A stretch of DNA of 64,000 nt from Lama guanicoe (taxonomy: Eukaryota): NCBI GenBank assembly GCA_013239625.1, contig MU055574.1:26445373-26509372 (forward strand), read 5' to 3'. This document shows, piece by piece, positions 34,580-46,900 of the stretch. The notes beneath the pieces are model-generated. The model was given only the letters and a program-made list of their open reading frames with translations. It did not search any database and was not told the DNA's origin. Each line of letters begins with the position of its first letter. Positions within the stretch are counted from its first letter, which is position 1. Both the position numbers and the translations under genes were made by a program.

Positions 34580-37486
34580 CACTGTTTTGCACGTTTAGAC
34601 CTGCCCTTGTGACTGATCCCACATGCAGAGCCCGGACGGGGACCCCAAACCCCCGGGACGGGGTTGAGTGGAGGCTGGCGGCATTCCAATGAGGTGTCTG
34701 TCACCTCTGGAGACGGGACAGAGGCCCCGTGCAGCCTGTTTCTTCTGCTCACTCCTCACGAGCCATGTTACGTCCCACCCAGCAGCAACTGGAGGCCAGC
34801 GTGGGGGTGACCGCGTGTCTGCGGGGCCAGGCCCTGGTGCCCAGGCTCCTGGTCAGACACAGGTGATTCTGTGGCGGTGTTTTGTGGACGAGGGTGACAT
34901 TTAGATCAGCTGACTTCAGGAGAAGGAGGGTCCCCCACCTGCGGCAGGCTCTCCTGGCAGGACTGAGGGGACCCTTGGCAGCGTGGGGCCTGCCCAGGGC
35001 GGGGCGGCCTCTGCTGATCTTCTTGAGCAGGAGGGAACCGAGGGCGCTCTGCTTCTCACAGTTCATTTTAACACATGGCTTCTTGGCGGAGTGGGGCTTC
35101 CTGCCCCGTGTGGACGCCCCAGTGCGCCGGGGCCCGCGGCGCTTTGAGGAGACACAGGCGGTGCTGACGGCACGCAGCGTGGGCCCTGCATGGGCATCTC
35201 TGCCCAGCTCTAGGGAGGGGGCGCAGCCTGGCTTTTCTTCGTGTCCTGCCGCACGTCCCGATGGCTGCCTCTGCGAATGCAGCTCTGACTGTCCCTTTGA
35301 AGCACCCCCGCTGGGAGCGCCCTTGCTGACTGCAGCCTTGGTGCAGGGGAACCTTCATCCGCTCGGCCTCAGGAGCCCGCGGTCCGGCATGGCTGTGGCG
35401 TGTCCTCCCCGCCCCGCTCAGCGCACTGTCCCCGCTGGGGCGCGGCCCGCCTGGCCGGGGGGCACCTGTGGCTTCAGGCAGGCACGCGGCTTCCCAGAGG
35501 CAGAGAGGGATTTAGTGCAGGCCCGAGGTTGGCGAGGGGGCTGTCGGCTTTCGCTCTCTGCCTGCGGCTCTTCTGAAAGCTGGGCTCGGGCCAGGGAGGC
35601 GACCCCTCAAAGCCCTGCAGAGGCGAGCGCCCTGAGCTCCAGGGCAGCGCGTCCAGCCGCAGGCCAGGCTGCACACAGGCCGCTCTGCTGGCTCTGATGT
35701 GTGAGCCCCTGGTTTTAGTGATCTTTTCATCTGCTGTCGTTTTCAGTTTCGCATGTGAGCTGGAGGACACAGAGGCCCCAGTTTTGCTGAGTCTGAGACC
35801 CTCCTCCCACTTGGGAGAAAATACTCCTTCCTCCCTAAGCCATTAAAAATGGCTCTGGTTTACATCCAAGGATGTTCTGTGTCTCGGATGCGCCGCAGTC
35901 TCATGGGCCCCCTCGGTGGAAACATCTTCCTGCTTTATTCAGGGTTGATAATTTTTGTTTTATTGCGCACATTAGAGTTACTGCCAAATGATGATTATCT
36001 TTTGATTCTGCTTTAAATCTTGGTAAATTGCATCCCCTGGGAGCAAATAACACAGTCTATTTTCTTTCTTCACGTCTAAGTTTAAAACACGACTTCCCCA
36101 GGCCCCTTTCTGTTGCACCACAAAACATCAAGATACCAGCTAGATTCTTAGCTTATGAAGTGCTTGTCATTTGAAAAGGTTAAAATATTGAAATAGATCA
36201 AATAGCTCCTTTTAAATGTGAACTGTAAAGGTGTATTATTTACAAATATTGATTTATCTAAAAATGTACATGACAATTTATCCAAGTTTCCTAGTTAAAA
36301 AAGGGAGATTTCAGTATTCAGACTCTGGTTAAAGAATCAAGATGCAACGTTTCAACAGACAAACAGCGATGGAAGCAAGCAAATCATAGACAAGCTGGTC
36401 GAAGATACACACCAGCAGTGGATGCACACAGGCCTTCGGACGCTCCCTGCGTGAAAACTCAGGGGCGCTCGCCTTGCTTTAGCCTCTCAGGATGCGTGAG
36501 GTTTAATCCGCCGTGGGATTAGCGAGGCCTGATGCTAAGCCGTGCGCTCTATAGAAGCGTAGCTGTGGTTCACAGGAGACTCGCAGCGCACCGGGCAGGG
36601 GGCCGAGTGCTCCCGTGCACGGCAGAGCCGAGCCCTTCCTGTGCTGTGGACAAGCACACTTCTCAGAATCGCGAAGTGGCCGAGCTGGGGTGTAGCTGAC
36701 ACCTGTGGTTCCAGACGCCCTGCTGCCCCGCTGCGGGCCCGACACGTGTCCACTTCTGGAGCCGCGGACCTCGCGTGGCGGTTGGTCCAGGTTTGCTGGG
36801 GCGTCTGTCTCTCCTGCTGACGGCGGGTGGGGAAGCCCGCCTCGCCAGGAACGCACCTACTGAGAGCTCTGGGCGGTGCTGCCCGTTCCCCCTGGTGCGC
36901 TGTCCTCCAGGAAGGGAGGCCGGCTCCAGAAGGGACGTGATGGGGGCGACATCAGGCAGAAGCAGCCTCGGGCAGGTGGCCTGGCCGCAGGTGTGAGGCC
37001 TGCGGAAGCAGCAGCGTCTCTGGTCCGTGCTATGTGGGAGGGCGCGCAGGGGACAAGGGGAGGCAGTGGTGGCCGGGGCGGCGGGGGAGGGTGCATGCAC
37101 TGAGCACAGTGAACAGAGCTGCTCTGGGCCCACCTCCGTTCCCCCAGTGCCGGAGGCCAGGGCAGCCTTTGTCCTAACACGAGTCACCCTTGCTGCGGCT
37201 TGGAGCCCCCGGGCCTCCGGGAAGCGCGGAGGGTGGTCAGGGAGCGGGGCTGAGCTGGGTCCCCGCACGCGCCCCTGCCGGCCCAGCCCACCTCTCTAAG
37301 TGCCCGTCTTTGCAGGGGTGGCGATGAGACCGACCTCACGGGAGTTGGAGCCTGTCCACGGAAGCCCGGGCCAGCTGGGGGCATCGGTGTCCGGTCGGTA
37401 AACGGGAGTGGGTTAGCTTCCACCCGTTCCCGTGCGAGGTCAGGCCTGGGCTTTGCAAAAACAAGAGGACGTTTCCTGTGAATCTC

Positions 37487-37550
37487 GTGTGTGTGTGTGC
37501 ACGTGTGTGTCTGTGTCTCTGTGTGTGTCTGTGTGTGCATGCGTGTGTGT
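37487..37550 (+). repeat. Imperfect (TG)n microsatellite
   Basis: gtgtgtgtgtgtgcacgtgtgtgtctgtgtctctgtgtgtgtctgtgtgtgcatgcgtgtgtgt. Confidence 0.9.
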
Positions 37551-39549
37551 TCACTACGAGGCCTACCAGACACCCGCTTTGGAGAATTCAGGTGCTAGAG
37601 ACTGTGGGCTGGGGCCGAGGAAGGCCTGCCGGTCGCGGTGAAGGTCACAGCCACCTCCCGTCGCGGTCTGGTTGGCGGCACGAGCTGAATGCCGAGTCTC
37701 TTGCTGTCAGACGTAGGAGCAGAAGCTGAGAGAACAGAGCGCTCTGGAGTGTCGGGCGGGTCAGAGACTAAGTCAGAGCTGAGGACGGCTCATAGACGAC
37801 GGAGGGTCTCTTTGGAAAAGACTCGCACAGTTAAACCTAAACCAGAACTCCTGCCTCCGCCCGCGAGGGCAGCGGGAGGGCGGTCCGCGATGGCCATCTC
37901 GTCTGAGCAAGTGCTGTCTCGTCATCCTCGCCGTCCACACTGGGCCAGCATCACACGTGCCTGGTTATAATGACCTGCCGGACTTGACTGTGCGGCCGGC
38001 GAGTTTAGAAAATGTTAATCCACTTGCTAAGAATTCTCGTCCAGTCCCGGGAGTGGTGTGCTTGCATGTGCCCAAGTGTCCGTGTGCAAAGACACGTGTG
38101 TTGATTGCTTTTACCTGAAAAGTGCCGTCGTGTTTTTAAGAAGATGCAGCCTTCTCCCTTACCTTTGCTCGTCGTTATGGTCCTCATCTCTCCTCTAACT
38201 TGCCTGCATCCTGCGCTCTGTCGCGGGTGAGCCCTGGCACCGGGCGGATGTGGGCCTCTGTGTTTGCCTGGGAGCTGCATTGCTGGCTGAAACCCGGGTA
38301 CCCCAGGCTGCTGCCTTTCAGAAACAGCAGCGGCCGGAAGTCGCTTAAAAAGATCTCATCTAAGTTACACATTTAATGAAGTATCTGCATCAAAACACAG
38401 AATATTCAAACCATGTTCAAGTTCTGTGTGCTGAGACATGGAAGAAGATACTGTTTTCTTGAGCTACTTACCTTGATAACTGAAGACAAGAAGAGTCTGC
38501 ACCCGCCTGTCCTGCCCCAGGTCTGTGAAAACTGGGCAAGCATCTCCTAAACTTCAGTTGATTTGCATGTTGATCATTGGTGCATAAGTTTGAAAATTAT
38601 GTGCCACGGTTTATCAGGAGGGCTGGTGTAAATGTTAGAAGAAATGCACCCTCAGGTCCGTGTCATGACAGGACGGTGAGGTGGTCACCACTTTGCTCAG
38701 GTGACCATCCCGGGTGAGCCCTGGTGCTCCTGGCTGTGCTGGGACCCAAGCACCATCTCTCCGTGGCTCTCCGGCCTTGGTCTGTGGATCCAGTTCAGGA
38801 GGGGACAGATCACACGGAGGGACAGACCCCTCCTGACAGCCCCGCCTGGACCTGGACCTGCTGCCGCCAAGTCCTCTCTCGTCCACGCCGCTGCGGGATG
38901 CTGGTCCCTCTGCTCCGCCCTCCCTGGCTGTGCGGGGACGGCTGGAGACTCGGTGGGCCAGGGGCTGACTGGGCTGTGTCTGGCTTTAGGACAATAGCGA
39001 ATATGATCGGGCTTTGCTGCGTGATGGCCCTGTGTTAGGTCTCACTGGCTAGCTTCTCTGTCCTCGCGCGTCATTTGCGTGGCCTCACACCCACGTGTGG
39101 GTGAGTGTGTGTTCGTGCTGCTCACAGACGTGCCCGCCTTTTGCGGGGACTGGTTGTGAGCTGTGCCCTGTGCCCAGCTTGACACTCATGCCCTGGGGCA
39201 GGGCTGCCTTTGCTGGCTGATCCTTGCGCCTCCCCCAGGGCACTGGGCTGCCGGTTAAAACCACACAGACGCCTTGCGTCACCAGACCTGCAGCCCTTAT
39301 TAAAGTGCGTGTTCCTGGTTTTGCCCTCGATCAGGACATCGGAAACTCCCCGTGGGGCCTCTGCCCTGGAAGCGACTTCTCTGGTGATTTTTGTTTACGT
39401 GAGAATTTGAGTCCTGCTTCCAACATGTGTTAATTGTTGTCCACAAGGTTTTGGACATCTTTAAGTTCCTTCTGGTCATTACATGTTTATGTAAAACAAA
39501 GCACTAAGTTTCTTGAAGGCATTTGAGTATCAGACCAAGGCCACAAAAA

Positions 39550-39930
39550 TACTGGTCTCCCTCAGTGCCACCTTCCCCTTCACACCCTCTGCTCAGCCCT
39601 CCAGGACATCCTGGGGTTCTGCACCGACATGTGTCCCCGCCGCCCACTCCCCACCGTGGCACCAGGCTTGCCTGTGTCACTACTGCAGATTCTGGGGTCT
39701 CCAGGCCTCCCTGCCTGTGCTTCTGCCTCCGTCCTTCCTCCCACTGCAGCTTCCTTAACGTCGATCCTTAGGAAGCAAAGCCACCTCTCTGAGCAGAGCT
39801 CTCCAGTGGTTTCCCAGGGCATCTCATAAGGCCCAGGTCCCTTCCACGGCCCCTGGTGGCCCCAGGCTGGCCGCCCCCACCCTTGCTGCCTCTCAGCCAC
39901 CCCTGCACACCCACACTCCGCACTCTGTAT
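39550..39930 (+). mobile_element. L2 LINE 3' region remnant
   Basis: actactgca..cctccctgcc..ctctccagtggtttccca..cccaggtcccttccacggccc..ctggcc..cc resembles the L2 3' consensus. Confidence 0.5.
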
Positions 39931-39957
39931 TCTCAAAAGCGCTCTACTGAATAGGAT

Positions 39958-40315
39958 CCACTGTCTTTACTCCATTGCACACTCCTGCCTCCTTTGTCAA
40001 AGAGTAATTGGCAAGAAGTTGTGGGTTCGCTTCTGGGCCCTCTGTTCTGCTCCACTGGTCCATGTGTCTGTTTCTGTACCAGTGCCGTGCTGTCTTGGTG
40101 ACTTGTTGTCTGAAGTCTGGGAGGGTTATTCCTCCAGCTTCATTCTTTTTTTTTTTTCAGTGTTTCTTTAGCAATTCTGGGTCTTTTGTGATTCCATATA
40201 AATTTTAGGGGTATTTGTTCTAGTTCTGTGCAAAGTATCCCGGGTAGTTTGGTAGGGGCCACATTAAACCTGCAGACTGCCTGGGGCAGTGTGGCCGTCT
40301 TAACAATACTAACTC
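39958..40315 (-). mobile_element. L1 ORF2 fragment, antisense
   Basis: cctcctttgtcaaag..ctctgttctgctccactggtc..tgtaccagtgccgtgctgt..ctgaagtctgggaggg..cctccagct..ttccatataaattttagg..ttctagttctgtg. Confidence 0.9.
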
Positions 40316-41322
40316 ACCCGTTTGAAGTGGACAGTTCAGAAGTTTCCGCAGAGTCACAGACTTAGAGCACGGTCATCGCTCCATGACCTCATTTGACCCA
40401 AAGCCCACAGTCACTGGCAGCCGTTCCCTGCGGACAGCCCAGCCCTGGGAACCAGGAATCGGCCTCAGTCCCTGTCGACGGGCTTGCTCTGTCGCTTCAG
40501 ACACGTGGGGTCTGACAGCGCGCGGACCTGGGCGACTGGCTTCTTTCACTGAGGGCGACGTTTACCAGGATCGCCCGGGTAGCGGTGTGTGTCAGGGCCT
40601 CATCCCTTCCTGTGCCTCCGTGACGTTCCGTCGTGCGCACGGGCTACGTGTGAGTCACCTCTTCGTCGGCTGACGGACGTCTGGGTGGCCTCACCTCTCA
40701 GAGCAGGAATCGGCCGCTGCGCGCCTTCCCGTGCAGGGCTCCTTGTGCGCACACGCTCTCACGCCCCCTGGGTAGCACTGCAGGGTCACACGGTGACTCT
40801 GCGTTGAACATTCTTCGGGCTGACAAACAGTTTTCCGAAACGGACGTTCCGTTTTGCAGCCTCACCGGCGACGTGTGAGGCGCTGATTCCTCCACGTCCT
40901 CGCCGGGACTTGCCACCTTCCCCGTTTGGACGGCGGTCGTCCCAGTGGGCGCGCCGTGGCGGTGCGCTGTGGCTGTGCCTGCGTCTCCCTGACGACTGAG
41001 GGCGCCGGGAGCCCGTTCGTGTGCTCGCTGGTCCTCTGTGCGTCCTTTGGAGACGCATCTGCTCAAAACCTGTGCACGTCTTGTCGTGTGGCTGTTTGCC
41101 TGTTCGTTAACGCAGCTGGTGGACTTCTCTCTGTGTTCTAGACGCAGGTCCCTCACCAGCCATGGGACCTGCGAGCATTTTGTCCCGTTCTATGGATTAT
41201 CTTTTGCTCGTGATGCCCTTTGAATCACAGGGTTTTAGTTTTGATGGAGTCCAGTTTGTCTTTCTTTTGTCACCCGTGCTTTTGGTGCCGTATCTTAGAA
41301 ACTATTGCCCAACCAAGGTCCC
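40316..41322 (-). mobile_element. Old L1M-type 3' UTR plus ORF2 end, antisense, heavily GC-shifted
   Basis: ctggcttctttcactgag..ttttccgaa..ttcctccacgtcctcgcc..ctccctgacgactga..tttggagacgcatctgctcaaa..ttttagttttgatggagtccagtttgtc..cttttggtg..ttgcccaaccaaggtc follows the L1 consensus order. Confidence 0.8.
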
Positions 41323-41669
41323 CTTTGTCACCCAGAGTTGAGACCCCTTTCAGGGAAGCCAGGGAGCTGGCCGCTGCTGCCACTACCAGAGCCTCACATG
41401 GAGGTCTTCGTGCCCCCAGCAGGTTATTGCTTTGCAAAAATATGCTTTTTATACCTTTTCCTCCATGGGTTAACCTGAACTTTGAGAGTGGAATTTGGAG
41501 GTAATCTTGCTGGAAAAGTTCTTCCCTCCACCTTGAACTTTTTTCTCCAAGCTGATGAAACTGACTAAAAGTTACATCGACAGCAAGTCTGAATGAGGAA
41601 AGAATATGAGATAATGAAAAAGAAAAAATATAAAATTTGCAGGGGATCTGCTCGTCCCACCACTATTCC

Positions 41670-41832
41670 TCATGTGATGTCCGTGTCTAGATTCATTTTT
41701 TTGTTTTGCACGTGGATGTCCTGTTGTTCCAGCACCACCTGTTGAAAAGATTATCCTTATGCCATTGAAGCATCTTTGCTCCTTTGACAAAGATCAGTTA
41801 CTGTGTTTGTGTGGGTCTATTCATGGCTCTGA
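41670..41832 (-). mobile_element. L1 ORF2 fragment, probable continuation of the 40316-41322 element
   Basis: ttttgcacgtggatgtcctgttgttccagcaccacctgttgaaaagattatcctt..ccattgaa..ctttgctcctttgacaaagatcagtt..gtgggtctatt. Confidence 0.85.
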
Positions 41833-44800
41833 AACAGTGGAAAGACTTAAAAATATTCAGAACTGGCTGTGGGCGAGTCAACAACTGAGAGTAGAATTAA
41901 CAGTGACCAGAAATAATGTCTCGAAAGCAAGGAAATGAGAGATCAGATATTGTACAGGGAGATACTGAAGAGATGCAAGTTCTTGGCTGAATCTCTCCAG
42001 GAGCAACCAGAGGAATCTTGACACAGCTGCCAGTGTGGGTCTCGGGCACCCCTCCCCGTTCTGCACGACTCACGTCCTTGCTGTGGACGTTCAGTCTCAG
42101 CCAGAAGGAAGCCAGTCTCCCGCCATGTCCGGGTTCTCCACGGGTCATGTTGCTGCTCCTTTGGGAAGCGCCCCTCTTTGAACAGAGGCACTGAAGGCAG
42201 TCCTGGGAGAGAAGAGCTTAAAACAACATCTGTTTCCGACCAGATGGCTGGGACATCGACAAACCTGCGGGAAAGGCTCGTGTGACTTGGGAGATAATTT
42301 GAGAAAACTGAGAACTGGGGAGATTCCAAGATAACGTGATTTTAATGACTAAGAAGTGTATTGTAGGTACTCTGTCGTGGATGGAGAGTGGAAGGCTGTT
42401 ACAATTGGTGGGAACGTTTCTGATCCTTCTTTGGAACGATTTCTGCTTTATTTGCTTTTTTGCAGTGTTATTTTTGGACATTTTTTTCTCCTTTCCGCTT
42501 TTCATTCCTTCATCTTTTCCAAGGGCACATCACTTGCAGCGAAGTTCATGACTGATTAAGTGATGACTGATGAGGTACCCAGGCATTGTCTCCGACAGGG
42601 GAAGCGCAGAGGCCCAGGCAGCCCTTTGTCGAGGCCGTGGTGGGAAGCACAGCCTCTGCAAAAACTCAGCTCTCTTGTCGCTCCCGACGTGGGCTGCGTG
42701 GTGAGAACCTGAGCATCAGCCCTGCCGGGGTGCAAAGATGACACGTGCTTATAGTAGGAAATATTAACAACCAGTGAAAGTAACATACAATTCCCTGTGA
42801 ACTGACAATCTGGAGAGACTTCTGGCGCCTGTGCTGGTGGGCGTGGCGTGCCCTGCTGCGCCCCGCCATGCACACGGCCTCTCCTCCTGCACTTGGCAGA
42901 GGGCTGTAAGTGGGTCCCGTGTTACCCGAGATTATTCTCCGGCAGCACGTCTCAAAAGTGTGTCCCACACACCCACTCGGGTCACTGGGAAAAAGCGGCC
43001 TCCTGGGCACGCCGGGTCCCGTCCTTGGATGAGCTCCCTGGGGTAGTGCGGGGGCCCGGCTGAAGGAAGTGCGTGTTTCTGAAGCTTCTGTTGGACCCAT
43101 CAGCACAGCCTTTGGCCCATCTGTTCATTTGTTAAGCATTACATTCACCCGTTATCGCCCCCATCCCCCCCGGCAGAGCAGAGGCTTTGAGACCTTGGTG
43201 TGTGCTGGGGTCACCTGGCAACCTTGTTAAACTGCAGCATCTGCACGGGGTGGGGGGCGGGGGCAGGAGTCTGCGCTTCTGACGCCCCCCCCAGTCGGTA
43301 GGCCCTCTGATGGGCTCTGTGGCCAGGCCCAGGCCGGGGAGGCAGGAGGGAGTCATTTCCTTTGGGTTGCAAGCGCCTGCATCACAACTGAAAGATAATC
43401 CATGTAGAGAAGAGAGTGTGCTGACTGTCGGCTGCGTGTCCCGGCTTCTGGCTCAGGGGCCTTCAAGGCCCACCCGAGTCACCAAGACCCCAGCCCCTGC
43501 CTCATCTGCTTCCCCTCCTTCTCAGGCAGCCCCTCCCCACCGGTGGGGCGCGGCACTCCGGGCTTTCTCACCTGCCGTGCTGGCAACCCAGTGGGTGAAA
43601 GTCCCAGGAGTTATTTTCAGCAGACCATCTTAGGTCACTCGTCCACCCTTGGACCAGTCACGGGCCAGAGGGATGGGATATGCTCCCTGGCCACGCCAGG
43701 GTCACACACCCTTCCTGGAGTCAGGGGGTGGATGGATGCCGGCCTCACGCCCACCACAAGGGCTGACCGTTGTGGGGAGAGGCTCCTTGGCCCTGGGAGA
43801 CGAGGGAAAGATACCCAACTCAGCCATCGCCATTGTCCCTGCAACCCCCCCTCTGTGGACACGGTCTCTGGGGCTGAATGCCCTAGTTCGGGGGTGACCC
43901 GTGTGCCTGGCACCAGCACAGCTAAGGAGGATGCTGGGGGCTGCCTGGTGCTGAGGGCGCTCACGGCGGCTGGTGGGGGAACGAAGGGTGCTGGGTCCTA
44001 ATTCTACCGCGATGGCCGCAAGGCCTCCGAGAATCACTGACGTCTGCCGCCCTGGTTTCCGGGAGCTGGCTGTCATCTCTTCCTGGTTTTGGGAGTTGAA
44101 GACCTTTCAGTGCAGGCCCCTCCTCCGAGAGTGAAATAAGGCCTGCGGGACGGCATACTCTCCGTGACCTGGTCGCCTGGTCCTTTCTCCTCGTCCTGCG
44201 CCCGCGGGAGGCGGGGTGGGGGCTCCTGGGGCCCCGTGTGCGGGGACGGGAGTGCGTCTTGCTGTGTCTAATGCCCCCTGTGACGGGGCAGCAGCGGGAG
44301 AGGCTCCCTGGGGGGGGGCGCCCCTTGGTGAGACGCGCCGAGGCCGGTGCGGTGATGGGGGTGCTGGGGGTGTCTAGGAAGCATCGTGGAGAACGAGGGT
44401 CCATGTAGAGGAAAAGGAAAGACTGGAGTACGGACGCTTGGATTTGGGTTTTCGAGAGTGATGTTGGTGAGGCTGCCGTTGACAGAATCCTCTGGAAGCT
44501 GCAGAGAGAGGTTAGGACGGGAAGAGGGTGTGACTGGGGGCTCTGAGGCCCTTCTGGGGTGGCTGTCATTGCCGGGGCTCACGCGCTGGGTCACCCCCTC
44601 TCCCGGGGCCTGGGACTCACGTTCTGGCTGGAAACGGCTCAGGGCTACGGTCACTCAGGTCTTTGCCGTGAGAGTAAATTTGGGAAGAAATAAATTAGGA
44701 TGGAGACCGTGGTCACTATTTTCTTTCCAAAGAAACTAGATCCATGAATCCCCTGCAGGTGTTTATGTTGTGGAAATACAAGCTTGACTGTGGGCCTCCC

Positions 44801-45414
44801 GCATTCCCGGTTTACCGTCCTGCGGGCGTTCCCGGGTGGGGCTGGTGCCCGTCCTAGGTGGCGGGAGGCGGGGGCGCCCCGGGGCTCCTGTGCTTTCCTC
44901 GCTCTGCCGTCCTGAGTGAGACGCAAGCTTTCAGAGCCCCTGGTTCCTCACCTGAGAAACACACCTGCTAACATGTGTGCATACGCCTCGCTCTGCTGTT
45001 GCCAGGATTAAAGGACAAAGCGCAGGAGGCTGGGCTCCATGTCCGCAGTGCCCTTGAAAACTACGGCAACAATCCCCGATTAAGAAGCTAATTCAAAAAC
45101 CTTCCTTGGAGTTAATCAGTCATAAACATGTGTCGCTTATGGGCAAAGTCGTGGCACCATCGGTCCCACTTCGATTTCTCGCAGGAAGTGAACACGTGAA
45201 TAATTACACCCCCGTAAATCTGTGCGTCTCAAGGGCCTCCCCACCCCTGCCATTTCCACAAAATCCGATTCTAAGGGGGCAGCTCTTCGTTCTGTGTTTT
45301 CTCTTCTTTGACCGTCTGTGCTGTGCAGTTAAGGAGAAACCCACCGCCAGTTCCGTGAGCGACGAAGACGATGTGTGTAGAAGTGAAGTCTCCGGCTCTG
45401 AGATGCCGGAGCAG

Positions 45415-45580
45415 GACTCTGGGGCAGGTGGCCCTGCGCTCACGTCCCTGACGGCCTCGCCTGCGCACGGGGTTTGTCTTCTCGGGCTCAGTCACCGGCT
45501 TTGTGAAAAGACAGCAGTGACCCCACCTCACAGAAGTAACGCGTGATTAAGTGCGTTAACCCGTGAAAGGCGTGTGGTCC
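45415..45580 (+). mobile_element. Degenerate MIR
   Basis: ctcgggctcagt..ctttgtgaaaag..cacctcacag..gtgattaagtgcgttaa..gtgaaaggcg; a second weak MIR-like piece lies near 44930-45025. Confidence 0.5.
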
Positions 45581-46564
45581 CAAGTGGCTGCTGACCGTGC
45601 GTTGTACTGACCAGTCTCCGGCCCCTGCTGTGTGTGTGTGAAACCCACATGCTTCTTACAAGCGGGTCCTACTTGACAGACTGTTTATTGTTTTACCCTG
45701 GAACATTCTTACACGTGAGGTCCTCTGTGCGCCTCACGGTGCTTCACCCGCTGCTGCGCTCTACGGAGCCGGCGAGCGCTTAGCAGCCGCCAGTGAGGGA
45801 ACGTCTGACCACAGAGCAGCGGTGTGTCTGCAGGAAAAACGCTTCGTTTTATGAATCCTGATAATATTTTTAAAATGTTTTAAAACAAGCAGAAGGAGGT
45901 ACAGGGTACTGACAAGGTTCATGACGTGCACACCTGGGGGCTCCAGGGGTGACTGGGGGCCCGGGACCCACAGAAACAGTGGTCACACCTTTAATTTGGC
46001 ACCGGGCAGTCACCGCTGAGTTACCTGTCCATTTCATGTGGGTTCACTGACGTCCGCAGGGCTGGTCACTGCATATCTCGAGTGTCTGGTGGCCTCAGAT
46101 TAAGCCCTCATTATCCCTTGTAAGTACTGAAGACAGCCTTGAACCGGTCCTGGGTCTGAAAGCTTACCACCAGGACCTTTAAAGCACAGATATGATCCAG
46201 GTGCTCTTAAAAACCCTTACGAGGCTCTCCACTGCTTGTGGAAGTTCCTTTGCAGGCTCCAGAGCCCCCGATCTGGCCCCCGCTGTCCTGCAGTCCACCC
46301 ACCATGGACTGTCCCTCTGCAGCCCAGCTTCCTTGTGCGAAGCCAGCCCCCTCGTGCGGTGTTTGCTGAGCACAGGTGAACGTGCACGTGAAGGGCAAGG
46401 TTCACGTGCTAATGAGGGCATGGGGCAAACTGCCCCAGGAGAAGCTAGGTGCTTGGTGCTGTAACCAGGGATGTTTTGGGAGGGATTTCTGAAAATACTG
46501 TAAGGAGATGCAAAGAAAATAGAAGATGTAGTTTTGCTCCTGGAAGCTTACACCCAAATGACTG

Positions 46565-46900
46565 TTGTATCTGACAGTGACCGCTTCATAACAAATAGCC
46601 CCAGGTTGTCAGTAGTGATCAGAGACAAGCGTTCACTTCTCAGGCATCTACTGAGCTTGGCAGGGTTCTGCTGGGAGGCTCCACCTTGCTCGTGGGCCTG
46701 GATCGGCTCCATGCACCTCTCATCCTGGCTCGAGTGAGAAGACTGGGGGATGTCTCCTAGCAATACCTAAGGCACAAGAGAGTGGTCCAAACACCTGCAG
46801 ACTGCACGCCCCAGCTTGCGTCACACTTACAGACACCCCCCGAGCCAGGACGTTCCCATGTCTGAGCCCAGCGTCATGGAATAGGGGAGACACTGCTAGT
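46565..46900. mobile_element. MLT1 (ERVL-MaLR) solo LTR remnant
   Basis: cataacaaatagcccca..ggctccatgcacctctcatcctgg..aggcacaagagagt..ccaaacac..gcttgcgtcacact..agccaggac..catgtctgagccca. Confidence 0.65.
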
